DNA of 59,058 nt from Chloroflexota bacterium (GTDB lineage Bacteria > Chloroflexota > Dehalococcoidia > UBA2979), in NCBI GenBank assembly GCA_003670735.1, contig QWQU01000002.1:1-59058 (forward strand), in the 5' to 3' direction. Numbering within the stretch: position 1 is the first letter of the stretch; every line of letters starts with the position of its first letter. The notes under the pieces are model-generated. The model had not been told where the DNA came from. It ran no database searches and saw nothing but the letters and a program-made list of their open reading frames with translations. The position numbers and the translations under genes were made by a program. This document shows positions 35,636-43,450 of this stretch, piece by piece.

Positions 35636-36697
35636 CTACGCGACGGCCTCCAGCGTGAGCACCGGACGCGACGGATCCAGCATCCACTCGATGTTCGGTC
35701 GCAACACCGGCACCTGCCCCGGCACGCCGAGCTGATCGAGCGCGAGCCCGGAAGCGGCAACCGCTGCATCGATGCGATCGAGCGCATGCGCCATCACCGC
35801 AAGGTAGATCGCGCGGTCACCGTCGATATCGAGGTCTGCAAGCCACTGCTCGGCGTGCTGCTCGACAACAGTCGCGTCGCGATCCACCAGGTACATCGAA
35901 CCCCACAGCTCCGCCAGCTCCACCTCGCTGATCGGCAGCGCCTGGTAGCCCACCATCTGAGCCAACTCTGTGTCCGGCTTCGCCGCACCGCGCGATCGGT
36001 AGTACGCAGTCACCGAGGTGAACACGTCATGCGCACGCCAGTACTCACCAATGTCTTCGCTCTCGACCGTCTGTCGAGGCGTCGTCGGCGTCGAGAGTGA
36101 GCACGATCCGCACGCGTTGACGCGCATCATCCCGTGCTCGGTCGTCACGCCTGCGTCGTCCACGCTGATCTCGCGCTGGAACGGGAAGGCGCGGCAGACC
36201 TCAGGTCGGTTCTGGTGCGCCTGGCACAGCCCCGCCACGCGGTACTCGTTCGCCGCGCTGGCATCCGCCGCGCGCTGCACCGACAGCGGCATCGAGGCGA
36301 ACCGCTCCGGGTCCTCCTCGCGCATCCGCGCTGCACTCACGTTCGTGATCTCGTCATAGAAGGAACACGCGACGTGCCCCTCGCCATACGGCACATGTCC
36401 GAGCGAACCGACGAGCGCACCCGTCGGCCCATGCCACGCAAACGTCACCGTGTTCTCATTGGTGATCTCGTGCGCCGGCTTCGACACCGCGTGCCGCAGC
36501 CGCACCATGTCGTACGGCCGCACCACGATCCCCTTATCAATGCAGCAGTTCCACCCCTTCATCGAGCAACCCCAATGAATGGGGTCGTCCGCACCAAGGG
36601 ACATCTGCTTGAGCGAGCGCCCAAAAGCCGCGTGCTGCTGCGAGGCGTGCGAGTTCGTCATGCCCTCAATGCTGGCGAGCCCAACTCGCGTCCACAT
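35636..36697 (-). CDS. YkgJ-family cysteine-cluster (CxxCxxCC-type zinc/iron-chelating) protein, possibly FliB-like
   Basis: I place the start at ATG 36697, preceded by GGGGGAG 5 nt upstream. Cys motifs are ..HWGCSMKGWNCCIDKGIVVRPYD.., ..GLCQAHQNRPEVCRAFPF.. and ..CGSCSL.. The track ORF extends to 37003 through repeat copy C. Confidence 0.6.
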   Translation of the reverse strand: MWTRVGLASIEGMTNSHASQQHAAFGRSLKQMSLGADDPIHWGCSMKGWNCCIDKGIVVRPYDMVRLRHAVSKPAHEITNENTVTFAWHGPTGALVGSLGHVPYGEGHVACSFYDEITNVSAARMREEDPERFASMPLSVQRAADASAANEYRVAGLCQAHQNRPEVCRAFPFQREISVDDAGVTTEHGMMRVNACGSCSLSTPTTPRQTVESEDIGEYWRAHDVFTSVTAYYRSRGAAKPDTELAQMVGYQALPISEVELAELWGSMYLVDRDATVVEQHAEQWLADLDIDGDRAIYLAVMAHALDRIDAAVAASGLALDQLGVPGQVPVLRPNIEWMLDPSRPVLTLEAVA

Positions 36698-36848
36698 CGG
36701 GACTCCCCCTGATCGTTCCCCGCCGACACCCCGACGAGCACAGCCCGCACCACATCCAATGATCCGAGTGCGACTCGGGCGGCGAACGCGGCCCCACACC
36801 AATGCATCGAGTACGACTCCAGCGAGCGCGCAGCGCCTCGCTCCGAAC

Positions 36849-37047
36849 GGGAGCGCGAGGGCTTTGCCCTCGCACAAGGGCGGGCGGGTGGGCGAAACAC
36901 TGTCCGGGCACGGCGGGCGCAGCCCGCACCGTGCCCCGGCCTCGGCGCAAGCCGAGCCGACCGGCGGCGACCACAGCACGCCACCCACGCCGCACAACGA
37001 CAAGATCGAGACAAGACGCTGGGCGAAGAGGGCCGAAGGCCCCTACC
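36849..37047 (+). repeat. structured intergenic repeat, copy C
   Basis: The H1 loop is ttt and the G-tract is GGGCGGGCGGGTGGG (36878..36892). H2 is CCGGGCACGG/CCGTGcCCCGG and H3 is CTCGGC/GCCGAG. The tail is GCTGGGCGAAGAG-GGGCCgaaGGCCC. It ends 9 nt before the start of the TauE/SafE-family gene. Confidence 0.7.
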
Positions 37048-37055
37048 CTCGCCCC

Positions 37056-37805
37056 ATGCAGGTCACGATCGCACTCGCGCTGCTCACGCTCGTCGGCACC
37101 GGCATCGAAGCCGTCCTCGGCTTCGGCTTCGCCGTCATGTTCGTCCCCGCGGCTGCCCTCATCGTCGCCCCGAGGCATGCCGTCGCCGTCTCGCTCGTCC
37201 TCGGCACCATCATGGGCGCCGGCCTCTACATCGAGCAGCGCCCGCGCGCGCCACTCCGATCCGTCGCCCCGCTCGTCATTGGCGCGCTCATCGGCACCCC
37301 GCTCGGCATCCTGTCGCTGCTCCGGCTCGACGAAACCTGGCTGCGCCTCGCCGTCGCCATCAGCGTCCTCACCACCGCCGTCATCACACTGCTCGGCGGC
37401 AGCGGCCACACGAGGCCAACGAGGCCAGACCGAGCGCTCCCCCAGGCCACCGTCGGCTTCATCGGCGGCGCCATCCGCGCGGCCATCTCCATGGGCGGCC
37501 CGCCCGTCGTGCTCTACCAGCACTACGTCGGCGGCGGCGCCGAGCGCATTCGCGCGCGGCTCTACGCCTACTTCTTCTGGCTCGGCATCCCCGCCACCCT
37601 GCTCGCCATCCCCGCCGGCGTCTTCACGCTCGAGGTGCTGCGCGACGCGGCTGTCGCACTGCCCGGCCTCGCGCTCGGCATCGTCGGCGGACGCCTGCTG
37701 CGCCCCCACCTGAGCGAGCACTGGTTCTGGCGACTCTCGATGGCGATGCTCGTCGCCACCTCAGTCCTCGCCGCCTACGGTGCCGCGAGGTCGCTCCTCA
37801 GCTAA
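37056..37805 (+). CDS. TauE/SafE-family (DUF81) anion exporter
   Basis: I place the start at ATG 37056 (MQVTIALALLTLVGTGIEAVLGFGFAVMFVP..). The protein is 249 aa with about 7-8 TMs. The track ORF starts at 36579 inside the repeat and the divergent region. Confidence 0.8.
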   Translation: MQVTIALALLTLVGTGIEAVLGFGFAVMFVPAAALIVAPRHAVAVSLVLGTIMGAGLYIEQRPRAPLRSVAPLVIGALIGTPLGILSLLRLDETWLRLAVAISVLTTAVITLLGGSGHTRPTRPDRALPQATVGFIGGAIRAAISMGGPPVVLYQHYVGGGAERIRARLYAYFFWLGIPATLLAIPAGVFTLEVLRDAAVALPGLALGIVGGRLLRPHLSEHWFWRLSMAMLVATSVLAAYGAARSLLS

Positions 37806-37817
37806 CGAGGTCGCGCG

Positions 37818-39161
37818 CTACTGCACCCCCAGCGACGGCAGCAGCAGCACCTTCGCAATCGAGAAGTAGATCACCAGCCCCGTCACATCACACAGCGTCG
37901 CCACGAATGGTGCCGAGGCATTCGCGGGGTCGAACCCCACCTTGCGCAGCACCATCGGCAGCGCCGACCCGCTGAGCGTCCCCCACGTCACGACCCCGAT
38001 GAGGCTCAGCGCCACCGTCGCCGCCAGAGCGAGGTAGTGCGAACCGTACGAGCCGAACAGGAACTCCCACAGCGAGATCCGCGCGAAGCCAATCACGCAC
38101 AGCCCCGCGCCCAGCCCGAGGCCGATCACAACCTCGCGCCGCACCACGCGGAACCAGTCACGCAGGCGCACTTCCTCCAGCGCCATCGCGCGAATGATCA
38201 GCGTCGAGGCCTGCGACCCCGAGTTCCCCCCGCTCGAGATCACGAGCGGCACAAACACCGCGAGGATCACCGCCTGCTCGATCTCCGTCTGGAAGAACCC
38301 CATCGCCGTCGCCGTCAGCATCTCGCTCAGGAACAGCAACGCGAGCCAGCCACCACGCTTGCGCAGCATCTCGAAGAACGAGGTCCGCCAGTACGGCAGA
38401 TCCAGTGCTTCTAGACCACCGATCTTCTGGATGTCCTCCGTCGCCTCGTCCTGCACCACATCGATCACGTCATCCAGGGTGATGATGCCCTTGATGTGGC
38501 CCTCGTCATCGACGACCGGCACCGCCAGCAGGCCGCTCTCCTGCAGCGTGCGCGCCACTGCCTCCTGGTCGGTGTCTTCGAGCACCGACACCGGGTCGTG
38601 CAGCATCACTTCCTCGACCCGACGCGTCGCCGCAGCGGCCATCAGATCGCGGAACGAGACGACACCCAGCAGTCGCTGCGAGTTATCGAGCACGTACGCG
38701 TAGTAGATCATCGAGACGCGATCGGCCGACTGCAGTCGCAGGTACGCGAGCGCCTGCGCCACCGTCATATCGGGACGCATCCATGCATAGGACGGCGACA
38801 TCAGGCCACCGGCCTCGTCGTCCTGGTACGCCAGCAGCGCCTCGACCTCCGGACGCATCCGGTGATCGAGCAGCGCGAGCAGCGCAGCGCGCTCCTCCTG
38901 GTCATCCAGTTGCTGGATCAGGTCAGCGGCGTCTTCTGCCGGGAGCAGCCGCAGCCACACCCGCTGCTCGTTCGCGGGCAGCGGTGTGATCAGCGCTTCC
39001 TGATCGGCCGGGTCGAGTGTGAGGAAGAGCTCGGACGCATCGCCTCGAGTCATCGACTGGAACACTTCCAGTCGATCGTCCTCGGACATCGTCGGCCACG
39101 ACTCCATCAAGGTGTCGTCGAGCACTGCAAATGGGCGCGTGTCGCGGGTCTCAGAGGTCAT
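37818..39161 (-). CDS. mgtE: magnesium transporter MgtE
   Basis: 447 aa with an N-domain, a CBS pair (..VVSFRDLMAA.., ..LLAVPVVDDEGHIKGIITLDDVIDVV..) and a 5-TM C-terminal domain (..PLVISSGGNSGSQAS..). Confidence 0.9.
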   Translation of the reverse strand: MTSETRDTRPFAVLDDTLMESWPTMSEDDRLEVFQSMTRGDASELFLTLDPADQEALITPLPANEQRVWLRLLPAEDAADLIQQLDDQEERAALLALLDHRMRPEVEALLAYQDDEAGGLMSPSYAWMRPDMTVAQALAYLRLQSADRVSMIYYAYVLDNSQRLLGVVSFRDLMAAAATRRVEEVMLHDPVSVLEDTDQEAVARTLQESGLLAVPVVDDEGHIKGIITLDDVIDVVQDEATEDIQKIGGLEALDLPYWRTSFFEMLRKRGGWLALLFLSEMLTATAMGFFQTEIEQAVILAVFVPLVISSGGNSGSQASTLIIRAMALEEVRLRDWFRVVRREVVIGLGLGAGLCVIGFARISLWEFLFGSYGSHYLALAATVALSLIGVVTWGTLSGSALPMVLRKVGFDPANASAPFVATLCDVTGLVIYFSIAKVLLLPSLGVQ

Positions 39162-39330
39162 AAGCGCACACTCTCCGCCCCGTCGGGCGGCAGGCGCTCG
39201 TCGGGGTCTTTAGATCAGCACGAGGGGACTGCCAGGATCGCCCACAACGGGGCCCCTTCCTCTGACGTGGTTGACCTGCTGATTCTGGCCCTCTGGCCTA
39301 GAGGCGTCTACCTCGTGACAGTCAAAACCG
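39162..39330 (-). promoter_or_regulatory. structured 5' leader of mgtE, candidate Mg-sensing (M-box-like) element; unverified
   Basis: The minus strand contains ..AGACGCC..AGGTCAACCA..AGGAAGG..GTGCTGATCTAAAGACCCCGACGAGC.. These partly resemble conserved M-box blocks. A hairpin CCGCCC-gacg-GGGCGG follows, and its 3' arm overlaps the GGAG Shine-Dalgarno. The order and spacing of blocks is imperfect. Confidence 0.3.
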
Positions 39331-39398
39331 CGAGCGCGGACGTACTATTGCCGCCACAGACGCCAAACAGCGGCCAGTTCCCGAGAGAGACACCGCAT

Positions 39399-39896
39399 AT
39401 GACCGCCGAGCCCACCCTCGACCCCCGCCAGTTCCGCGACGCCATCGGTCGCTTCGCCACCGGCGTCACCGTCATCACCTGGGACGACGGCGAGCACGTC
39501 CGCGGCATGACCGCGAACGCCGTCGCATCGCTCTCGCTCGACCCCATGCAATTGCTGGTCTGCGTCGACAAGAAGGGCACCGCGCACGAGCAGCTCAAGA
39601 GCGCGCGCGCCTTCGCCGTGAACATCCTCGCCCAGGACCAGATCGAGGTCTCCAACGCCTTCGCCCGCCGCGGCGTCGAAGACATGGGCGAGGTCAGCTA
39701 CACCACCCGCCAGACCGGCGCCCCGATCATCGACGGCGTCCTCACCTGGGTGGAATGCGAGATCGCCGAACGCATCGACGGCGGCGACCACACCATCTAC
39801 ATCGGCCGCGTCCTCGACCTCGAGATCGCCCGCCCCGACGCGTCCCCGCTCCTCTTCTTCGGCGGCCGCTACCGCGCCCTCGGCGACGAGCTCTAG
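39399..39896 (+). CDS. flavin reductase family protein (HpaC/NADH:FMN oxidoreductase-like)
   Basis: I place the start at ATG 39399 (MTAEPTLDPRQFRDAIGRFATGVTVITWDDGEHVRGMTANAVASLSLDPMQLLVCV..). The protein is 165 aa. The track ORF 38496..39896 is mostly the antisense shadow of mgtE. Confidence 0.85.
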   Translation: MTAEPTLDPRQFRDAIGRFATGVTVITWDDGEHVRGMTANAVASLSLDPMQLLVCVDKKGTAHEQLKSARAFAVNILAQDQIEVSNAFARRGVEDMGEVSYTTRQTGAPIIDGVLTWVECEIAERIDGGDHTIYIGRVLDLEIARPDASPLLFFGGRYRALGDEL

Positions 39897-39925
39897 CAAG
39901 CAACTAGACCGCAGACAGTCCACAA

Positions 39926-40693
39926 ATGGAGCGCCCCACCGGACCCATTGAAATCGGACTGCGACATCCGCTGTACGACGCCGCCCGCAAACTGGATCGA
40001 GCACGAGAGCATATCGAAGCACTCGATGCGGAGATCAACGCCTTCTTCGATAGCAAGCCGTTCTCGTTTGAGAAGGAGCTCAATCCGGAAGGCACCCACC
40101 AGATCTACCGCGTGAAGATCTTGGCGGTTCCAGATCAGCGGCTCACGCTCATTTTGGGCGATGCCATTCACAATCTGCGGGCCACACTTGACTACCTCGT
40201 TGGGCAGTGCGTGCTTGCGGAAACGCCGAACGGAGACAACAACCGCAGCCAGTTCCCGATACTTCGAAATGAGGCGGACTGGGGCAAATGGCGCGTGAAG
40301 CAGATGGTCAAAGGCATCAGCGATTACGCCCTCCGGATGGGGTTAGGAGAGGGCTGGAAGGTTGATTGGTTCAGTGAAGACGAGGGGAAGGTACTCGTCC
40401 AAGTGTTCACAATTCCGCTCGCCGATGATCCCGAAAACACATTCGAACCCACGCTTCATTTCGAAGTGAGCTTTGGCGAAGTCGGAGAACTGGTCGGGAG
40501 CGAACGTCGAGGAATTGGGACACCCTACCTCTGGCAACTTCATGAGGTCATACGTGACCACGTGTTCCCGGCATTTGTCGGCCTTGGGTACTTCGTAGAG
40601 AAGAACATCGAACCCACTCAGGGCATTCAAGAGATCGTGATTGGACCTGCCGACGCGCCGCCGTCGGTTCGAACGATCTTGCCGCATACCTAA
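39926..40693 (+). CDS. hypothetical protein in a visibly lower-GC segment
   Basis: 255 aa. Third-codon positions are often A/T, unlike the neighbours. No TM segment or signal peptide is evident. The motif ..LILGDAIHNLRATLDYLVGQ.. is present, but I can assign no family with confidence. Confidence 0.55.
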   Translation: MERPTGPIEIGLRHPLYDAARKLDRAREHIEALDAEINAFFDSKPFSFEKELNPEGTHQIYRVKILAVPDQRLTLILGDAIHNLRATLDYLVGQCVLAETPNGDNNRSQFPILRNEADWGKWRVKQMVKGISDYALRMGLGEGWKVDWFSEDEGKVLVQVFTIPLADDPENTFEPTLHFEVSFGEVGELVGSERRGIGTPYLWQLHEVIRDHVFPAFVGLGYFVEKNIEPTQGIQEIVIGPADAPPSVRTILPHT

Positions 40694-40777
40694 TCGGCTC
40701 GATGTTGAACATCGACCACAGCTTCATCCCGGTCATTCGAGTACGGCTCCAAGGGGGCCGGGGGCAACGCTCCCGGT

Positions 40778-40929
40778 GGGAGCGCGAGGGCGAAGCCCTC
40801 GCATAAGGCGGGCGGGTGGGCGAAATACTGTCCGGCGTCGGCAAGCGGCGCAGCTGTCCGGCGTCGGCAAGCGGCGCAGCCGCCCGACGCCCGGCCGTCG
40901 CGAACGCGACGCCGTCCGACAGCGACCAC
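40778..40929 (+). repeat. structured intergenic repeat, copy D (truncated tail, internal 26-bp duplication)
   Basis: The H1 loop is gaa and the G-tract is GGCGGGCGGGTGGG, with a short first run. TGTCCGGCGTCGGCAAGCGGCGCAGC is duplicated at 40829..40854 and 40855..40880. H2 is CCGGCGTCGG/CCGACGcCCGG and H3 is CGTCGCG/CGCGACG. Confidence 0.7.
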
Positions 40930-40940
40930 ACAACCCCGCG

Positions 40941-42395
40941 CTACAGCTCCGCGTTCGTCGCCGGCGACTCAACAGCTCGAGCCGCCCCCGGCACTGCGCC
41001 AGCCACGCCCGCCAGCACCGCAACACTGAGTAGCGACGCCAACGCGAACATCGCCCCCTGTCCTGCCCCGAGGTGCAAGCACAGCATCACCAACGCAACG
41101 CCAAGTGCCGTCCCTAAGCCCCGTCCCATGTTCAACAACCCGCCGCCGACAGCAGCAGAGCGAGCGGGAATCGCCCCCATGATCGCCGCGTTGTTCGCCG
41201 GAATGAACACACCGAGCCCAAGGCCCAGCACACCGAGCAGCACTGCAATCGCGACGAGCGACTGGCCAACAAACAGCAACCCAACGATCGCAAATGCAGC
41301 GACGGCCGCACCACCAACAGCACGCGAACGCGTGTCAGCACCGCGCAGCCAGCGATTCCCGCCAACAGCCGAGAGCGCGAACCCCGCAGGCAACGCGCTG
41401 ATCGCCAACCCCAGCGCCGCCCCGCCCGCAGCGATCACCTGCGGGAACAACGCCAACGGACCAAACAGCACGAGATATGCCGCCAGCGCACCGAGCAATC
41501 CGACAGACACCCCCGCCGGTCGCAACACTTGTAGATCGAGCAACGGACTCGCCGCACGCAACTCCCGCACCACAAACGCCGCGCTCAACGCGATCGACAA
41601 CACGAACAACGACACCGTGATCACCGGCGACAACCCGAGCCCTGATACCGCGCTGATCGCCAGCAAGAACGCCGTTGACGTACTCGCCAGCAACACCAAC
41701 CCTGGCCAGTCGAATGCACCAAGCGGCGTCCGCTCACGCGTGCGAGGCAACAGGAAGTGTCCCGCGATCAGCGCGACGATCCCGACTGGCACATTCACCC
41801 AGAACACCCACTGCCACCCCGCAGCAAGCACCAGCGCTCCACCAACCGTCGGCCCCAGCGCCAGACCCAGCGCCTGCGCTGCCGCCTGCACACTCAACGC
41901 CTCGCGCATCCGTCCGCGCGCCACGCTCGTCACCACCAGCGCCACGGAGTTCGCCTGCAACAGCGCCGCGCCCACCGCCTGCACCACACGAAATGCGATC
42001 AGCCACGACAACGACGGCGCCAGCGCGCACGCCGCCGACGCTGCCGTGAACACCACAAACCCGTAGAGGTACATCAGCTTGCGGCCGTACGCGTCCGACA
42101 CGCGCCCCGCGCCCGCGACCAGTCCCACCAACGTCACGAGGTACGACAGCGAGATCCACTCGACCGCCGCGAGTGGTGCAGCAAACTGCGCCTGCACTGC
42201 GGGGAACGTCAGCGTCACGATGCTCGCGTCCAGCTGCCCCATGAACGCGCCCATGCACACCGTGCCCACCGCAAGCCATGACGCCAGCGGATGCTCGCGG
42301 ATCGCCGCAGGCCGAGCGTGCTCGACGAACAGTGCGTTTCCAAACATCAGCGCGACATCACTGCGCATCCGACGTTGGAGTACGTCCTTCGTCAT
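40941..42395 (-). CDS. MFS transporter, DHA2 (EmrB/QacA, 14-TM) type
   Basis: 484 aa. ..GTVCMGAFMGQLDASIVTLTFPAVQ.. and ..GRVSDAYGRKLMYLYGF.. are MFS motifs. There are about 14 TMs. The start is uncertain, with ATGs at 42395, 42368 and 42347 and none preceded by a clear SD. Confidence 0.85.
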   Translation of the reverse strand: MTKDVLQRRMRSDVALMFGNALFVEHARPAAIREHPLASWLAVGTVCMGAFMGQLDASIVTLTFPAVQAQFAAPLAAVEWISLSYLVTLVGLVAGAGRVSDAYGRKLMYLYGFVVFTAASAACALAPSLSWLIAFRVVQAVGAALLQANSVALVVTSVARGRMREALSVQAAAQALGLALGPTVGGALVLAAGWQWVFWVNVPVGIVALIAGHFLLPRTRERTPLGAFDWPGLVLLASTSTAFLLAISAVSGLGLSPVITVSLFVLSIALSAAFVVRELRAASPLLDLQVLRPAGVSVGLLGALAAYLVLFGPLALFPQVIAAGGAALGLAISALPAGFALSAVGGNRWLRGADTRSRAVGGAAVAAFAIVGLLFVGQSLVAIAVLLGVLGLGLGVFIPANNAAIMGAIPARSAAVGGGLLNMGRGLGTALGVALVMLCLHLGAGQGAMFALASLLSVAVLAGVAGAVPGAARAVESPATNAEL

Positions 42396-43215
42396 CGTTT
42401 CGTTGAACTCGAGGTGCTAGCCCTTCACGAGGTGCACGCGCAGAGGAAGGTGCAGCGGAACGCTGCCAATCGGCGTCCGCCTCGCTCGCACCGGGCCAGT
42501 CCGCGATGAACACGAAGCGATCGCCGCGCACCACGCTCAAGCGATACTCGACCGGCACCTCGCCGTGCAGGCCGATCCGTTCCACGCGCAGCACCGCTTC
42601 GCCCGTCGGCATGTGCAGCATGCCGCGCTCGTACTCCGTCGGCATCGACGCACGAATCCGCTCGCGCCCGCCCGTCACCTTGAGATCGAGCGAAGCGGCG
42701 AGCAGCTCGTACACCGAGCGCGTGCGCAGGTCCTCGCGGAACAGCGCGCGACCGATCCGCGCCGAGTACCACGACTGCACCAGCATCACCGGCTCGTCAT
42801 CGACGATCCGAAGCCGCTCCAGCGCCGCCAGCTCCTCGTGCGGATCGATCCGCAGCGCGCGCGCCGCAGGCTCGTGTACCTCGAGCTCCTGCTTCAGCAC
42901 ATCGCTGTGCTCGGCGTCACCGCCGTAGCGCTGCACCGACGGCGCGATCGAGTAGATCGTGCGCAGCGGCTGCTCCAACGGCGCGCGCACCACGAACGTC
43001 CCGAGCCCACGATGCCGCTCGATCAGCCCACTCGAACGCAGATCGCGCAGCGCCTCCCGCACCGTGTGCCGAGACACCCCGTACTGCGCGACCAGCGCTT
43101 GCTCCGTCGGAAACGCTCCCGCCTCGCCAGGCTGGAGCTCCCCCGATTCGAGCTGCCGTCGCAGGATCCCGGCGAGCTGCCGCCACATCGGTAGACCACT
43201 GCGTCGTTCCAGCAT
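42358..43215 (-). CDS. GntR-family transcriptional regulator, HutC/UTRA subfamily
   Basis: I place the start at ATG 43215 (MLERRSGLPMWRQLAGILRRQLESGEL..GAFPTEQALVAQYGVSRHTVREALRDL, a winged HTH). The C-terminal UTRA-like region includes ..VYELLAASLDLKVTGGRERIRASMP.. The last ~40 aa look non-native and overlap the MFS start. Confidence 0.85.
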   Translation of the reverse strand: MLERRSGLPMWRQLAGILRRQLESGELQPGEAGAFPTEQALVAQYGVSRHTVREALRDLRSSGLIERHRGLGTFVVRAPLEQPLRTIYSIAPSVQRYGGDAEHSDVLKQELEVHEPAARALRIDPHEELAALERLRIVDDEPVMLVQSWYSARIGRALFREDLRTRSVYELLAASLDLKVTGGRERIRASMPTEYERGMLHMPTGEAVLRVERIGLHGEVPVEYRLSVVRGDRFVFIADWPGASEADADWQRSAAPSSARAPREGLAPRVQRNDDEGRTPTSDAQ

Positions 43216-43244
43216 CGCCCGCCTCCAAGGCCTCAGTGGCACTC

Positions 43245-43260
43245 AATTGTACGGACAATT
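43245..43260. promoter_or_regulatory. inverted repeat AATTGT-acgg-ACAATT in the divergent gntR promoter region
   Basis: Seen directly in the sequence. It lies 30 nt upstream of the gntR start, at the edge of a locally AT-rich stretch. Confidence 0.35.
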
Positions 43261-43336
43261 CAAGACTTGAAAATCGCCTGCATTCCGATATGAATTCGAG
43301 AAATGACCGGACAAGTTCAGAGCATGTACCTGCTCA

Positions 43337-43358
43337 ATTTGTTTCACGTGAAACAAAT
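43337..43358. promoter_or_regulatory. perfect 22-bp palindrome ATTTGTTTCAC|GTGAAACAAAT, candidate operator
   Basis: A perfect inverted repeat in the AT-rich intergenic region between the gntR-MFS operon and the SLT/LytM gene. It is GT..AC-rich, like GntR-family operators. Confidence 0.5.
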
Positions 43359-43450
43359 GATCTAACGCTGCTGATCAGGGGTTCCTGGTCGAGGCCGCGG
43401 GGGACTCCCTATGCGGATCCGTCGAGGCCGACCGATAGGCTAGTCGGGCG

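Noticed and set aside
38496-39398. First 300 aa of the 466-aa plus-strand ORF 38496..39896, and similarly ORF 11615..13810 (731 aa)
   Set aside because: They are antisense shadows of mgtE and of the acyl-CoA synthetase respectively. Only the last 165 aa of the former (the flavin reductase) carry real family motifs.
42358-42395. 38-nt overlap between the GntR regulator C-terminus and the MFS transporter start, as a sign of a frameshifted pseudogene
   Set aside because: Both proteins have complete domain sets. The overlap disappears if the MFS starts at an internal Met (42347). It is more likely a start-site ambiguity than gene decay.
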